Notes: generated by a model not told the origin, from the letters alone. 64,000 bases of DNA from Promethearchaeota archaeon (GCA_048937405.1 JBHLNF010000001.1:656785-720784); one strand, 5' to 3'. Positions 11,165 through 22,092 are shown, counted from the stretch's first letter. Numbers and translations: made by a program.

Positions 11165-11344
11165 TTGGAGGAAGAATCAAGGAAAACTGATCTAATATTG
11201 GATTATTATAAAGATTGGGATTCTTATAAAGCCCCAGTCATGATGTCAATTGACATCCCTAATGATTTTTCAGAAAGCCTTGAGGCAAAAGATGATAGGA
11301 GACTAAAAGCCTTGAGACTTAAAATGAAAAAAAGACTGGAGTAA
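11165..11344 (+). CDS. Small hypothetical protein (59 aa), not in the ORF track
   Basis: SD GAGGTGA at 11152-58, TTG start; MEEESRKTDLILDYYKDWDSYKAPVMMSIDIPNDFSESLEAKDDRRLKALRLKMKKRLE; T-rich tract downstream. Confidence 0.75.
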   Translation: MEEESRKTDLILDYYKDWDSYKAPVMMSIDIPNDFSESLEAKDDRRLKALRLKMKKRLE

Positions 11345-11391
11345 AAAAGAAATAAGGATCTTTTATATTTTATTAACTTTTTTTAAATTTA

Positions 11392-12582
11392 TTAATTTAT
11401 CACACTATCTATTCGTTCTATTGCATCTTTTATTCGTTCTTCTGGTTGTGTTAGAGCCATTCTAACAAAACCCTCCCCATATTGACCAAATCCAATTCCA
11501 GGAGTGAGAACTACTCCAACTTCTATTAAAGATTTTACAAAATTCATACAGCCGCTAACACGATATTTATCAGGTATTTGGTTCCAGATGTAAAACGTTG
11601 CTTGAGGTGTATTTGTTGACCAACCAATATTATTTAATCCTTTAATTAGAGTATCTCTACGTTTTTCATATATTTTTACTGTTTTCTTAACTATTTCTGG
11701 TTTTTTTTGAGATTTATATTCATTTAATCCTTTAACTACAGCTCTCTGGATAAATGTAGGGCAGCCTGAATCAATTTGAGATTTAATCTTTCTTAACCCC
11801 TGTATAATAGCTTTATTTCCAGCAATCCACCCACATCGAAATCCTGTCATATTAAACATTTTAGATGCACTGTTAATTTCAACATGGCTTGGATCTATTT
11901 GCAAAATTGAAGGTGCAATGTAATCATCAAATGTAAATTCTGAATAAGGATTATCATGAACTATAAAAAAATCATAATCTTGAGCATAATCTACCATTTT
12001 TTTTAAGAATTCTTTCGGTGCTATTGCACCAGTAGGATTGTTAGGATAGTTCAAATACATTAATTTTGCTTTTTTAAGAATTTTAGTATCAATTATATCT
12101 AAATCAGGCAAGAAATCGTTCTCTTTCAAAAGCGGCATTGAATATGGATCTGCATCGCATAATTTTGTTGCTCCATTCTCATAAACAGGATATCCTGGAT
12201 TAGGACAGAGTACTATATCTCCGGGATTCACAAATGCTCTAGCAATATTAGCTACACCTTCTTTTCCTCCAATTATATTTGAAATCTCTTCTTTTGGATC
12301 GAAATTTATATTAAATCTAGTTTTATACCAGTTAGCAACGCCCTCTCTAAAATCTTCTTCTCCCATGCTTGAAGGATATTGATGATTCTCTGGTTTTTTA
12401 ACCTGTTTTATTAATTCATTGATAATTAAATCAGGAGTTGGAATATCAGGATCTCCTATTCCCATAGGGATAATATCAAGCCCTTTTTTTCTTTTTTCTA
12501 AAACTAATTGTTCTATCTCAACAAAAATATAGGTTGGAAGGCTTTTATATCTCTCAGAATATTCTAATTTAATTGGAAACAC
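11392..12582 (-). CDS. PLP-dependent class I/II aminotransferase, LL-diaminopimelate aminotransferase-like
   Basis: GIGDPD, GGKEG, NYPNNPTG, DNPY, SASKMFNMTGFRCG (PLP lysine), PGIGFG..GEGFVR. Confidence 0.85.
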   Translation of the reverse strand: MFPIKLEYSERYKSLPTYIFVEIEQLVLEKRKKGLDIIPMGIGDPDIPTPDLIINELIKQVKKPENHQYPSSMGEEDFREGVANWYKTRFNINFDPKEEISNIIGGKEGVANIARAFVNPGDIVLCPNPGYPVYENGATKLCDADPYSMPLLKENDFLPDLDIIDTKILKKAKLMYLNYPNNPTGAIAPKEFLKKMVDYAQDYDFFIVHDNPYSEFTFDDYIAPSILQIDPSHVEINSASKMFNMTGFRCGWIAGNKAIIQGLRKIKSQIDSGCPTFIQRAVVKGLNEYKSQKKPEIVKKTVKIYEKRRDTLIKGLNNIGWSTNTPQATFYIWNQIPDKYRVSGCMNFVKSLIEVGVVLTPGIGFGQYGEGFVRMALTQPEERIKDAIERIDSVIN

Positions 12583-12706
12583 CTACTTTTTAAAATTGGG
12601 ATAAGAGATGTATTAGAATAATCATAATCTAAAAAATAAAAATATTACGAAAATGGAATGTAAATTTTGTTTTAATAGAACTAAATAAAAATAAGTTATA
12701 ATTATA

Positions 12707-12904
12707 TTATATAGGATAATCTTGTCTTATCTGCAGTTCACGTTTCATGTTCTCAATTTGATATTTTATAAAATTAAAAGGTCTTGTTTTTATTTGGTGC
12801 CCAAATTTACGCAAATGCTCTTCTAAAAGATTAATTGAGAGCTCTAATTTATTTATTCTATCTTGGACTTGATTTAACATATAATTATCTCTCCTTAAAC
12901 CCAT
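12707..12904 (-). CDS. Small coiled-coil hypothetical protein (65 aa)
   Basis: Intergenic ORF with ATG start and heptad-like composition. Confidence 0.6.
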   Translation of the reverse strand: MGLRRDNYMLNQVQDRINKLELSINLLEEHLRKFGHQIKTRPFNFIKYQIENMKRELQIRQDYPI

Positions 12905-13119
12905 AATCTTGTGTTATTCTGAGTTTAAGATTATTTACCTAAAAAATCAAAAGAGGCTTAAGATTTTATGGATTCTTACTATTAATGAATTTTTATTTGA
13001 CCATTTTTTTTTTATTAAATTCTAATTAGAAAAAGCCTTTTTACTCAATAAACCCAAATTTAGTTCTTTTTGATCGAAAATAATTAAAATCTCTTCCCTT
13101 TTTTATTATATGATCAATA

Positions 13120-14253
13120 ATGACGATAGATAATGTTGAGAATACAAATATAATAAAAAATAAGTTCTGGTATAAAGTGGCAAGAACAATTATAAAAGCA
13201 GGAGTTTTTCCTGTTCCAATCAGCGATAAATTGATAGAGTTATTACAAACTCTAATAACTGAAGAACAAGCTAAATTTATTTTAATATTTAAAAAACCTT
13301 CAATGACACTTGAGGAAATTAAAAAAAAAACTGATATAAAGGAACAAGTTATAATTGAAACGCTTAATATATTGATGCATAATGGTATAATTGTAGGAAC
13401 GAGAAGTAGAACTACTGAAGTTATGGTTTATCGTTTAATGGGGTTATATCCTGGTATTTTTGAGTATACTTTCTTACGGGGGGAGTATTCAGAAAGGGAT
13501 AAAAAAATAGCTGCATTATTCCAAAAACTTTTTGGGGAAGTAACTAAACAAACGCAAAAAAATTATGATAATTTAATAAATGTGTTCAAGGATTTGCCAC
13601 CAACTGATAGAACACTTCCAGTTGAAAAGGAAGTAGATGTTGGAACTGAAAATGTAATGCCGTTTGAGGAAATAAAAAAATATATTGAAGAATACGATGA
13701 TATCGCCTTAGCTCATTGTTATTGCCGCCATGCAAAAGAATTAGTTAACGATCCATGCAAATTGGGTGCTTCAAAAGAAAATTGTTTCCTTATTGATAAA
13801 AGTGCCAGATTTGCTATAGAGCAAGGTTTCGGAAGACCAGTTTCAAAAGAAGAAGCAATCAAAATATTAAGAGAAGCAGAAAGCGAAGGTTTAGTTCATA
13901 AAGTATTTCATGTTCATTCAGATACGAGTAGAGGAATTGAAGCTATTTGTAATTGTTGCAAGTGTTGTTGTGGGATAATAAATGCATATTATCGCGGTTC
14001 AACACCAATCCATACAATGTCTTCTTATCTAGCACGTGTTGATGAGGATTCTTGTTCAGGATGTGCAACCTGCATCAATATGTGTCCAATGGAAACAATT
14101 AAATTACTTGATACAATTGCGTTTATTAATGAAGATAAGTGTATTGGATGTGGAGTATGTGCTTATCATTGTCCTGAAGAAGCTATACACCTAGTAAGGA
14201 TTGGTCCAAGACATATTTTTATTCCTCCTAAGAAAATAGAAATAGAAAAATAG
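13120..14253 (+). CDS. 4Fe-4S dicluster protein with N-terminal HTH-like region
   Basis: CYCR, ICNCCKCCCG and two C-terminal CxxCxxCxxxCP ferredoxin motifs. Confidence 0.85.
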   Translation: MTIDNVENTNIIKNKFWYKVARTIIKAGVFPVPISDKLIELLQTLITEEQAKFILIFKKPSMTLEEIKKKTDIKEQVIIETLNILMHNGIIVGTRSRTTEVMVYRLMGLYPGIFEYTFLRGEYSERDKKIAALFQKLFGEVTKQTQKNYDNLINVFKDLPPTDRTLPVEKEVDVGTENVMPFEEIKKYIEEYDDIALAHCYCRHAKELVNDPCKLGASKENCFLIDKSARFAIEQGFGRPVSKEEAIKILREAESEGLVHKVFHVHSDTSRGIEAICNCCKCCCGIINAYYRGSTPIHTMSSYLARVDEDSCSGCATCINMCPMETIKLLDTIAFINEDKCIGCGVCAYHCPEEAIHLVRIGPRHIFIPPKKIEIEK

Positions 14254-14295
14254 AATATATCTTTTGAAAATCACCTTATATTTGGAGTTTTTTTA

Positions 14296-15183
14296 TTGGT
14301 TGTTCGTAGAAAATATCATTGTAATAATGAAATTTTAGAATGGCAATGGGCATCAGACAATGAAATGATGCCTCATCCCTATTTTACATCTGTTTATTTG
14401 ATAGATGGACTTCTTATTGATTCTGGTGCTCCTGAAGGGGTAAATGATCTTCGCAAATTTGTTCAATCTCTTAATCCGAAACAATCAATTAATAAATGTT
14501 TTATCACGCATACACATGAAGATCACGCAGGAGGTGCTTATATGTTAAAAAGTGAATTTGGAATACCATTATATGCAAGTGAAAAAGCCGTACGTTTATT
14601 AAAAAAAGGAAATACTTATCCTAAATATCGTCAAATGGCATGGGGTCCAAAACTATTACCAGTTATAGCTGAAATTATTGATAAACCAATAATAACAAAA
14701 TCAGAAAAATATGAGTTTGAATTATTTCCTATGAGCGGACATGCTCCAGAATTAGTTGCCTTAATTGAAAAAAATCAGCAATGGGCTTTTGTAGCTGATG
14801 CAGTACTACCAAAATATAAAATGATATTTGGTGGAAACAGTGATATTCAAGAAGATATTTCATTAATCTATCACTCTCTTTCTAAACTATATGATTTTAC
14901 CAATGGAATGGATGAATTATTAATATTTTCCGCAGGAAATGAAGTATTAAAAGGGAGAGAAATTATTTTAAATAAATTAGAAGAAATTGATAATTTACGC
15001 ATTAAGGTTCATGAAATTAAGACTAAATTTCAAAAACAGGGATATTTTGGAAAAAAATTAATAAAAAAAATACTAAGAAGCATTTTCGGAAAGGAAAGCT
15101 TAATAGGTAAGTTTACTCAAGGTGATCTTTCACGAGAAAATCTAATTATTTCACTACTTAAATGGAAAAAAGAAATTAGATAA
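14296..15183 (+). CDS. MBL-fold metallo-hydrolase
   Basis: LIDSG, THTHEDHAGG (HxHxDH), GH and D motifs. Confidence 0.85.
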   Translation: MVVRRKYHCNNEILEWQWASDNEMMPHPYFTSVYLIDGLLIDSGAPEGVNDLRKFVQSLNPKQSINKCFITHTHEDHAGGAYMLKSEFGIPLYASEKAVRLLKKGNTYPKYRQMAWGPKLLPVIAEIIDKPIITKSEKYEFELFPMSGHAPELVALIEKNQQWAFVADAVLPKYKMIFGGNSDIQEDISLIYHSLSKLYDFTNGMDELLIFSAGNEVLKGREIILNKLEEIDNLRIKVHEIKTKFQKQGYFGKKLIKKILRSIFGKESLIGKFTQGDLSRENLIISLLKWKKEIR

Positions 15184-15337
15184 TTTTTTATATTAACTTT
15201 CCTGGGAAATATACCAAAAATCAAAGTTTAATTGAATTTATTACAATTTAAAATGCAAAAAAGATAATAAAACACCTACACTTTGTAAATAGCGAGTAGT
15301 AATTGTATTATGACTACACTCGATAAAGACTGAAGAA

Positions 15338-16351
15338 TTATACTAGATTATTAATTATTATTTCAGAAATATCTCCAGAGTATTCAGCAGTTCTTCTTAT
15401 ACTTTCAATAATATATCCTATCGCCATTGATATTTGTACATTTCCATTTGTATTAAGGCCTATTTTTTCAGTGATTGAGATTAAATTTTTTATATCTTCA
15501 ATATTTTCATTTGCTAAACTAATACTTTTTTGAAGCCAAGCATCTAAGCTTTTATTCAATAAATTAAGAGATAATTTACTTACTTCTTTTAGTTCTTCCT
15601 TTAAATCATCATCAATTTTATGTTTTAAAAGAACCAAAACATTTTTAGCTATCTTTGAGGCATGATCCCCAATTCTTTCGAGGAATCTACTCATTTGTTG
15701 ATAATGACTCGCTTGTTCTAAAGTAATCCCCATCTTTTGGCAAAGAATTATGTCTCTCAATACAATATGAGATTGACGACCAATTAACCAATGTAGTCTG
15801 TCAACATCATTGTCTCTTTTAATGACTTCTTCAGCTAATTCACTTTTTCCGTTATCTAGAGCATTTATCGAATCCTCATGCATACCTTGTACAAGTATAT
15901 ACATCCTTTTTATCGTTTTTTCAAAAGGCATTTCTTTAGGATTAAGTAAATCTTTAATCACTATGTAATTATTAGATTCTTCAACAATTTCTGGACCTAT
16001 CGCAATTTGAGTAAAATTTGTAATAGTATCTCTTAGTAAAGGGTCAAATTTCTTACTCGATTTAATAATAATTCTGGAAAAACCCATTATATAAGCGCCT
16101 ATTAAAACTCGAAATAAAAAATTTTCATCATTATAATCATCGACAATTATTTCTTTTGTCTTGATTCCTTTTTCATTATCAATCTTAGGAGTTATCAACA
16201 AATTACCGTCCGGTTGTGAAAGGATTCCTAATGTATCATTTTTTTCTACACCATGCTTATCAATCCAAACCTTCGGCAAACTTATTATGTAAGAGCTTCC
16301 TCCAGTTTTTTGCACTTTTCTTGTTTCAATATGAAATCCCATTGATATCAC
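15338..16351 (-). CDS. Archaeal phosphate uptake regulator (AbrB DNA-binding domain + PhoU domains)
   Basis: ETRKVQKTGGSSYIISLPKVW AbrB motif; DNDVDR, ERIGDH and RRTAEY PhoU motifs; divergent from pstS. Confidence 0.9.
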   Translation of the reverse strand: MISMGFHIETRKVQKTGGSSYIISLPKVWIDKHGVEKNDTLGILSQPDGNLLITPKIDNEKGIKTKEIIVDDYNDENFLFRVLIGAYIMGFSRIIIKSSKKFDPLLRDTITNFTQIAIGPEIVEESNNYIVIKDLLNPKEMPFEKTIKRMYILVQGMHEDSINALDNGKSELAEEVIKRDNDVDRLHWLIGRQSHIVLRDIILCQKMGITLEQASHYQQMSRFLERIGDHASKIAKNVLVLLKHKIDDDLKEELKEVSKLSLNLLNKSLDAWLQKSISLANENIEDIKNLISITEKIGLNTNGNVQISMAIGYIIESIRRTAEYSGDISEIIINNLV

Positions 16352-16365
16352 TATGATTTATTTTA

Positions 16366-16375
16366 TCTATATAGA
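16366..16375. promoter_or_regulatory. Putative Pho-box palindrome TCTATATAGA
   Basis: Perfect palindrome just upstream of the regulator; related copies lie near 16406, 16444, 16470 and 16640 in the same divergent promoter. Confidence 0.5.
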
Positions 16376-16747
16376 ATAAAAAATTTCATTATTAACTCAA
16401 TTTGGTTATATAGAATAAATAATTGAATTATTTTATACTTAAACTATATAATATATATATTTTCTATATTCTATATATATAACAATACTACATTAGTTAA
16501 AAAATTTTACAATAGAGGATAATTATTTCAATATCCTCCCTATAGTATTTTATCTTTATTAAAAGACAATAATGATTATTAACCTGACAATAATATTTAA
16601 TTGCCTTTATAATGATAAATAAAATCTATCTCTATAGAATATATAGAGTAAATAACTCAACATATACTATATCGAGATTCCTTATATTGAATAGGCAAAT
16701 CCTCTACCTAACAAAATTTTAACAAAAACTTAAGTTTCATAATATAA

Positions 16748-17869
16748 GTGTTTATAATGCGAGAACGAACAATAATATACGTTTTAGGTATTGCCTTAGT
16801 TGGAACGATTATCGGATTTGGTGTTGGAATGTTTGTTCTAACTTCACCAGAGACACCAATTAGACTTAGTGGAGCAGGTGCTACTTTCCCAGCGCCATTA
16901 TATCAAAAATGGTCTGAAGAATTTGATACTCTCACAGGAATTCAAGTGGATTATGAGGGCATTGGTAGTGGTGGAGGGATTCAGCAACATACTGCAAAAA
17001 CAGTAGATTTTGGTGCTTCAGATCCTCCAATGAAGACATCTGAATGGACAGCTGCGTCGAATACTTTACAATTACCCATGACAATAGGAGGAATTTTAGT
17101 TGCTTATAATCTTCCAGGAATAACAGAACCTCTTAAGTTAACTGGAGATATAATCGCCCAAATATTTGCAACTAGTATAACTACATGGGACGATGCCAGC
17201 TTGAAAGCTTTAAATCCTGGAGTTATTTTACCAACTCATTCAATAACTGTTGTTCACAGATCAGATTCAAGTGGATCTACAGCTGTATTTACCAGCTTTT
17301 TATCCGATGAGAGCACAATGTGGAATTCTACATATGGGGCTTCTAAAACCATTGATTGGGATCCTGATACTTTGGGTCAAAAAGGAAATTCTGGTATTGC
17401 GGCATATCTTCAAGGTAATGAATATTCACTGGGTTATATTGAATTAGCATACGCGATTGAAAGTGGTCTTGATTATGCTTTAGTTCAAAATAGAGGTGGA
17501 ATTTATTCATTAGCTAATACTACATCAATAGCACAAGCCGCAGCTTATGCTTCTCTTTCTTTACCTGCTGGTAATGAAAATTGGGAACCTGTTGGAAGCT
17601 ATTTTAAAACTGGTCCAGGATGTGGAGATGCTTATCCTATTTCTTCATTCTCTTATATGCTAGTTTATAAGGAACTGAATGTAATTCCCGGTATGACATT
17701 AAAAAAAGCAAAGGCTTTAACAAATTGGTTATGGTGGTGTACTCATCAAGCTCAATCCTACGCGGAAGGATTACACTATGTTGAAATTCCTGCTCCGGTA
17801 ATAGCGATAAATGAAGTGAGTTTACGTTCTATAACATATGATGGGGAAATCGTAAATACATGGACATAA
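16748..17869 (+). CDS. pstS: Phosphate ABC transporter substrate-binding protein
   Basis: GAGATFPAPLY, GSGGG, DFGASD, RSDSSGST, YPI motifs. Start may be ATG 16757. Confidence 0.95.
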   Translation: MFIMRERTIIYVLGIALVGTIIGFGVGMFVLTSPETPIRLSGAGATFPAPLYQKWSEEFDTLTGIQVDYEGIGSGGGIQQHTAKTVDFGASDPPMKTSEWTAASNTLQLPMTIGGILVAYNLPGITEPLKLTGDIIAQIFATSITTWDDASLKALNPGVILPTHSITVVHRSDSSGSTAVFTSFLSDESTMWNSTYGASKTIDWDPDTLGQKGNSGIAAYLQGNEYSLGYIELAYAIESGLDYALVQNRGGIYSLANTTSIAQAAAYASLSLPAGNENWEPVGSYFKTGPGCGDAYPISSFSYMLVYKELNVIPGMTLKKAKALTNWLWWCTHQAQSYAEGLHYVEIPAPVIAINEVSLRSITYDGEIVNTWT

Positions 17870-17958
17870 TATTAAATTACTAATTTAACAATATTTTTTT
17901 TTAAATTTTATTTTGAAAATTAAAAGATATAATTATAATTTAATGGTATTAACACCCA

Positions 17959-18969
17959 ATGAACGAACAATTATCCATAATTCCTAAAAATAATCAAAAA
18001 AATAAAAAAAAAAAATTCATTTTAGAAAGAAAAATTGGTATAGATTCAATTTTTAAATCATTTTTAGGGATCATATCTTTTTTAATATTTATAATAATTG
18101 GATTAATGATTCTAATTCTATTTTTGAGTTCTTATCTTTCAATCAAAACTTATGGATTTGAATTTCTTTGGGGAACTGAGTGGAACCCAACTCCAGCAGA
18201 TCCTAATACTCCCCCTGTATTTGGAATTTTACCTCCGATATTAGGAACACTAGTTACTTCTTTAATTGCAATTCTTATAAGTTTTCCTATAAGCATAGGG
18301 ATAGCATTAACTCTCTCTGAATTCACTTCAAAAAGATTTAACTTTTGGGTTTCATTTCTAGTAGAACTATTAGCAGCTATACCAAGTGTAATTTATGGAC
18401 TTTGGGGTATATTTACTCTTATACCATTTTTAAATCAAAATGTATATCCTGTCATTCAAAATACATTTGGTTTTCTCCCTTTTTTTCGAGGTGCAACTCA
18501 TGGATATAACGTTTTAACGGGTGGAATTATCCTAGCAATTATGATAATTCCTACTATCACTGCTATTTCTCGAGATATATTTGCGGCAGTTCCAACAAGT
18601 CAAAAAGAAGCGATTATAGCATTAGGTGCAACAAAATGGGAATCAACAAAAATTATTAGGAAATATGGACGATCAGGCGTGATAGGAGCGGTAATATTAG
18701 GACTTGGTAGAGCAATAGGAGAAACAATGGCTGTAACAATGGTTATTGGAAACTCATTTAATCTAATTAACTCTTTATTTGATCCTACTTACACTTTAGC
18801 ATCATTAGTAGCTAATGAATTTACGGAGGCTAGTTCTCCGAAAGTTTATCTTTCAGCTTTAATTGAGGTAGGATTTGTATTATTAATACTGGCTTTAATT
18901 GTTAATATTGCTGCAAGATTAATAATACGATATTCTATAAGGAAATTCAAAGGAGTGGAGACGTTTTAA
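17959..18969 (+). CDS. pstC: Phosphate ABC transporter permease
   Basis: ELLAAIPSVIYGLWG, GRAIGETMAV. Confidence 0.95.
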   Translation: MNEQLSIIPKNNQKNKKKKFILERKIGIDSIFKSFLGIISFLIFIIIGLMILILFLSSYLSIKTYGFEFLWGTEWNPTPADPNTPPVFGILPPILGTLVTSLIAILISFPISIGIALTLSEFTSKRFNFWVSFLVELLAAIPSVIYGLWGIFTLIPFLNQNVYPVIQNTFGFLPFFRGATHGYNVLTGGIILAIMIIPTITAISRDIFAAVPTSQKEAIIALGATKWESTKIIRKYGRSGVIGAVILGLGRAIGETMAVTMVIGNSFNLINSLFDPTYTLASLVANEFTEASSPKVYLSALIEVGFVLLILALIVNIAARLIIRYSIRKFKGVETF

Positions 18970-18970
18970 A

Positions 18971-19819
18971 ATGGCTTTTTCAGAAGAAAAAAGGTTTAAA
19001 ATCAGAAAATTCAAGAATTATTTAATGATATCACTCTGTTTTTTAGCTCTAATTCTTGGTTTAATACCTTTAATTAGTATTTTATATGAAGTTATTATAA
19101 ATGGAATTGGTCAAATGAGTATTGGTTTTTTAACTCAAGAAATCTCACCATTAGGACAGGCAGGAGGAGGAATTGGCCCTGCTATTCAAGGAACATTAAT
19201 AGTAATTTTGCTAGCATGTTTATTTGGAATACCTATTGGTATTTTTTCTGGAATTTTTTTAGCAGAATATCCCTATAGTAAAATTAGTTTTGCTGCTGGT
19301 TTTTTAAATGATGTCTTATCTAACATGCCTTCAATTGTTATCGGTATTTTTACTTGGATATTGATTGTAAGTCTTACAGGATGGTCAGTTTTAGCAGGTG
19401 GTTTTGCTTTAGGGATAATGATGATTCCTTTAATAACACGAGCAACAGAAGAATCTATTAAAATAGTACCTTCTACGATTCGAGAAGCTGCTCTAGCGTT
19501 AGGAATCGCTCAATGGAAGACAACCTTAACTATAACTGTTCCAACAGCAAAAAAAGGGATAGTTACGGGGATATTACTTGCAATTGCTAGAGTTGCTGGA
19601 GAAACAGCTCCTTTGTTGTTAACTATACTTGGAAGTAGATTCTTTTTCGCTAATTTTTTTGAACCAACAGCAGCGCTTCCCTTAACAATTTTTAACTCAT
19701 CACAATCTCCATTCGTGAGTATAGATTGGCCAAAAGCATGGGGTGCGTCGCTATTTTTAATATTTATGGTTCTTTTACTAAATATCATGGTTAGATTTTT
19801 GACAAGAGAAAAATATTAG
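18971..19819 (+). CDS. pstA: Phosphate ABC transporter permease
   Basis: PSIVIG, REAALALG, ARVAGETAPL. Confidence 0.95.
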   Translation: MAFSEEKRFKIRKFKNYLMISLCFLALILGLIPLISILYEVIINGIGQMSIGFLTQEISPLGQAGGGIGPAIQGTLIVILLACLFGIPIGIFSGIFLAEYPYSKISFAAGFLNDVLSNMPSIVIGIFTWILIVSLTGWSVLAGGFALGIMMIPLITRATEESIKIVPSTIREAALALGIAQWKTTLTITVPTAKKGIVTGILLAIARVAGETAPLLLTILGSRFFFANFFEPTAALPLTIFNSSQSPFVSIDWPKAWGASLFLIFMVLLLNIMVRFLTREKY

Positions 19820-19831
19820 ATGTGATGAATT

Positions 19832-20602
19832 TTGATTAAATTACAAATTGAAAATTTAAATGTATCGTTTAGTGATAAACGGGTTTTAAGTAACATTAAT
19901 TTGAATATTGAAAAAAACCATATTACTGCAATTATTGGTCCATCGGGATGCGGTAAAACAACCTTACTTAGAAGTATGAATAGAATGCATGATCTAATAC
20001 CTGATGCGAAAGTAACTGGCAACATTTCAATGGACAATTATAATATATATGGTAATAACAATAAAAATAGATCAATCGATTCTGTTTTAGTTAGGAGGAA
20101 AATAGGAATGGTTTTTCAAAAACCAAATCCGTTTCCAACTATGTCGATATTTAACAATGTTATTGTTGGTCTTAAATTAAAGGGTATAAGAGAAAGAGAA
20201 AAATTGGAAATGATGGTTGAAAAATATTTAAAATTAACACATTTATGGGATGAAGTTAAGGATGATTTAGAAAAATCTGGAGCGAGTCTTTCTGGTGGTC
20301 AACAACAGAGATTGTGCATAGCTAGAGCATTAGCAGTCGAACCTGAGATAATTTTAATGGATGAACCATGTTCAGCTTTAGATCCAATTGCTACTGGGAA
20401 AATTGAAGAACTAATACTTGAATTGAAGAAAGAATGGACTGTTGTAATTGTAACCCATAATATGCAACAAGCAGCAAGAATTAGTGATTTTACAGGTTTT
20501 ATGTATTTAGGAGAATTAATTGAATTTGGGGAAACTACTCAAATATTTGAGAATCCAAAAGAAGAATTAACTGAAAATTATATAACTGGAAGATTTGGTT
20601 AG
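19832..20602 (+). CDS. pstB: Phosphate ABC transporter ATPase
   Basis: [39 protein letters not shown]. Confidence 0.97.
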   Translation: MIKLQIENLNVSFSDKRVLSNINLNIEKNHITAIIGPSGCGKTTLLRSMNRMHDLIPDAKVTGNISMDNYNIYGNNNKNRSIDSVLVRRKIGMVFQKPNPFPTMSIFNNVIVGLKLKGIREREKLEMMVEKYLKLTHLWDEVKDDLEKSGASLSGGQQQRLCIARALAVEPEIILMDEPCSALDPIATGKIEELILELKKEWTVVIVTHNMQQAARISDFTGFMYLGELIEFGETTQIFENPKEELTENYITGRFG

Positions 20603-20612
20603 GTGAATTTTA

Positions 20613-21266
20613 ATGGCAAAAGAATTACATAGAGAAATTTTTGAATTAAAAAAAGAAATTCTTGATATGGGTAATTTAGCTTTAGGAATGTTAGATGATT
20701 CAATGAAGGCTTTATCTACTCAAAATATAGAATTAGCTAAAACTACTGTGGAAAAGAAATATAAGATTAGAGAATTTGATGCAGATATAGAGTCAAATGC
20801 ATTAAAATTAATAGCCCTTTATCAACCAATGGCTATAGATCTCAGAAGATTAGCAACAATATTAAAAATGATTACTTATCTAGCAAGGATAGGGAGATAT
20901 GGTAAAGATATTGCATCAGTTGTGGAGGAAATTTCAAAAAAACAACCTTATCCTTCCCCATTTGTAAATTTACAGCATATGTGGGAACATACAAAACTAA
21001 TGATTGAAGATGCACTTAAAGCTTTTGATGAGGCGGATATTAAATACATCGAGAAATTTGAGGAAAGGGATAATGAAATTGATAAAATGAGATGGTCAAT
21101 ATTCAGAGAATGTTTAACATACATGATGGAAGATCCTAAAACAATAACATCTTGTGCCTTTTTTGGTATGATTGCACGATTTTTAGAAAGGAGTGCTGAT
21201 CATGCATGTAAAATTGCTGAGAAAGTTCATTACATGGTAACTGGAGAACATAAAGAGATTTCTTAA
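20613..21266 (+). CDS. phoU: Phosphate signalling complex protein PhoU
   Basis: QPMAIDLR, DNEID, ERSADH; follows pstB. Confidence 0.93.
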   Translation: MAKELHREIFELKKEILDMGNLALGMLDDSMKALSTQNIELAKTTVEKKYKIREFDADIESNALKLIALYQPMAIDLRRLATILKMITYLARIGRYGKDIASVVEEISKKQPYPSPFVNLQHMWEHTKLMIEDALKAFDEADIKYIEKFEERDNEIDKMRWSIFRECLTYMMEDPKTITSCAFFGMIARFLERSADHACKIAEKVHYMVTGEHKEIS

Positions 21267-21407
21267 TTTTTTTTCCCTATAATTAATAAAATCCAGACTA
21301 ATATAAAATTACACCATAAATTTTTCTTATATTTTTTAGGAATTAATTTAATAAATTATAGTTAAGTAATAAGAATAAAAGTTATTTAAATAACCAATCA
21401 GATTATA

Positions 21408-22028
21408 ATGGACACATATAATCATTTACCTGATGTTCAAATTAAACCTATTGGACAAATATCGAAAAAATTTATAGATCTTGGAATTAAATCATTTAGA
21501 GAAGCTTGTGATTTTGTCCATAATATTGAATATGGATATAATACAGATTATGAAGATAAAATGATTTTGTTTAAAGAAAATATGGGAACTTGTACAACTA
21601 AACATGCAATAATTGCAGGTTTGGCTGAAGAACTTGACATACCTCTATATAAGCATGTAGGCGTCTATAAATTCACTGAAGAAACCTCTACTGGTACCCA
21701 AGAAATCTTAAAAAAATATAATATTCCTTATGTTCCAATGGTTCATTGCTTTTTAGTATATAAAAATTACCGATTTGATTTAACAGAAGGTAATTGTAAC
21801 GGAAAAAATACCACTCTCGAAGAATTTATATACGAACAAAAAGTTAATCCCTTCATCAGCAGAAAAGATGAATACTTACTATTTAAAAGGGTATTAAAAG
21901 AAAGAATTCTGTCATCAAAAGAAATGGATGGAATTAATGAACGATCTATATTAAAAGCGAGAGAAGAATCTATTAATCTTATAAAAAAAAATTCAAAAAG
22001 ACAAAAATTAAATAGAATTAATTTGTAA
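21408..22028 (+). CDS. Hypothetical protein, possible transglutaminase-like fold
   Basis: GTCTTKHA...HCFL...FDLT resembles a Cys-His-Asp triad. Confidence 0.55.
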   Translation: MDTYNHLPDVQIKPIGQISKKFIDLGIKSFREACDFVHNIEYGYNTDYEDKMILFKENMGTCTTKHAIIAGLAEELDIPLYKHVGVYKFTEETSTGTQEILKKYNIPYVPMVHCFLVYKNYRFDLTEGNCNGKNTTLEEFIYEQKVNPFISRKDEYLLFKRVLKERILSSKEMDGINERSILKAREESINLIKKNSKRQKLNRINL

Positions 22029-22092
22029 TTATAAATCTTTTAGGAAACTCTATCAAGTATACAATAATTCTGATAAAATAAAATTATAATTT

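Noticed and set aside
15292-15322. Imperfect hairpin CGAGTAGT...ACTACACTCG between convergent genes (similar small hairpins at ~256-270 and ~33448-33467)
   Set aside because: Short and bulged; at most terminator-like, with too little support to call.
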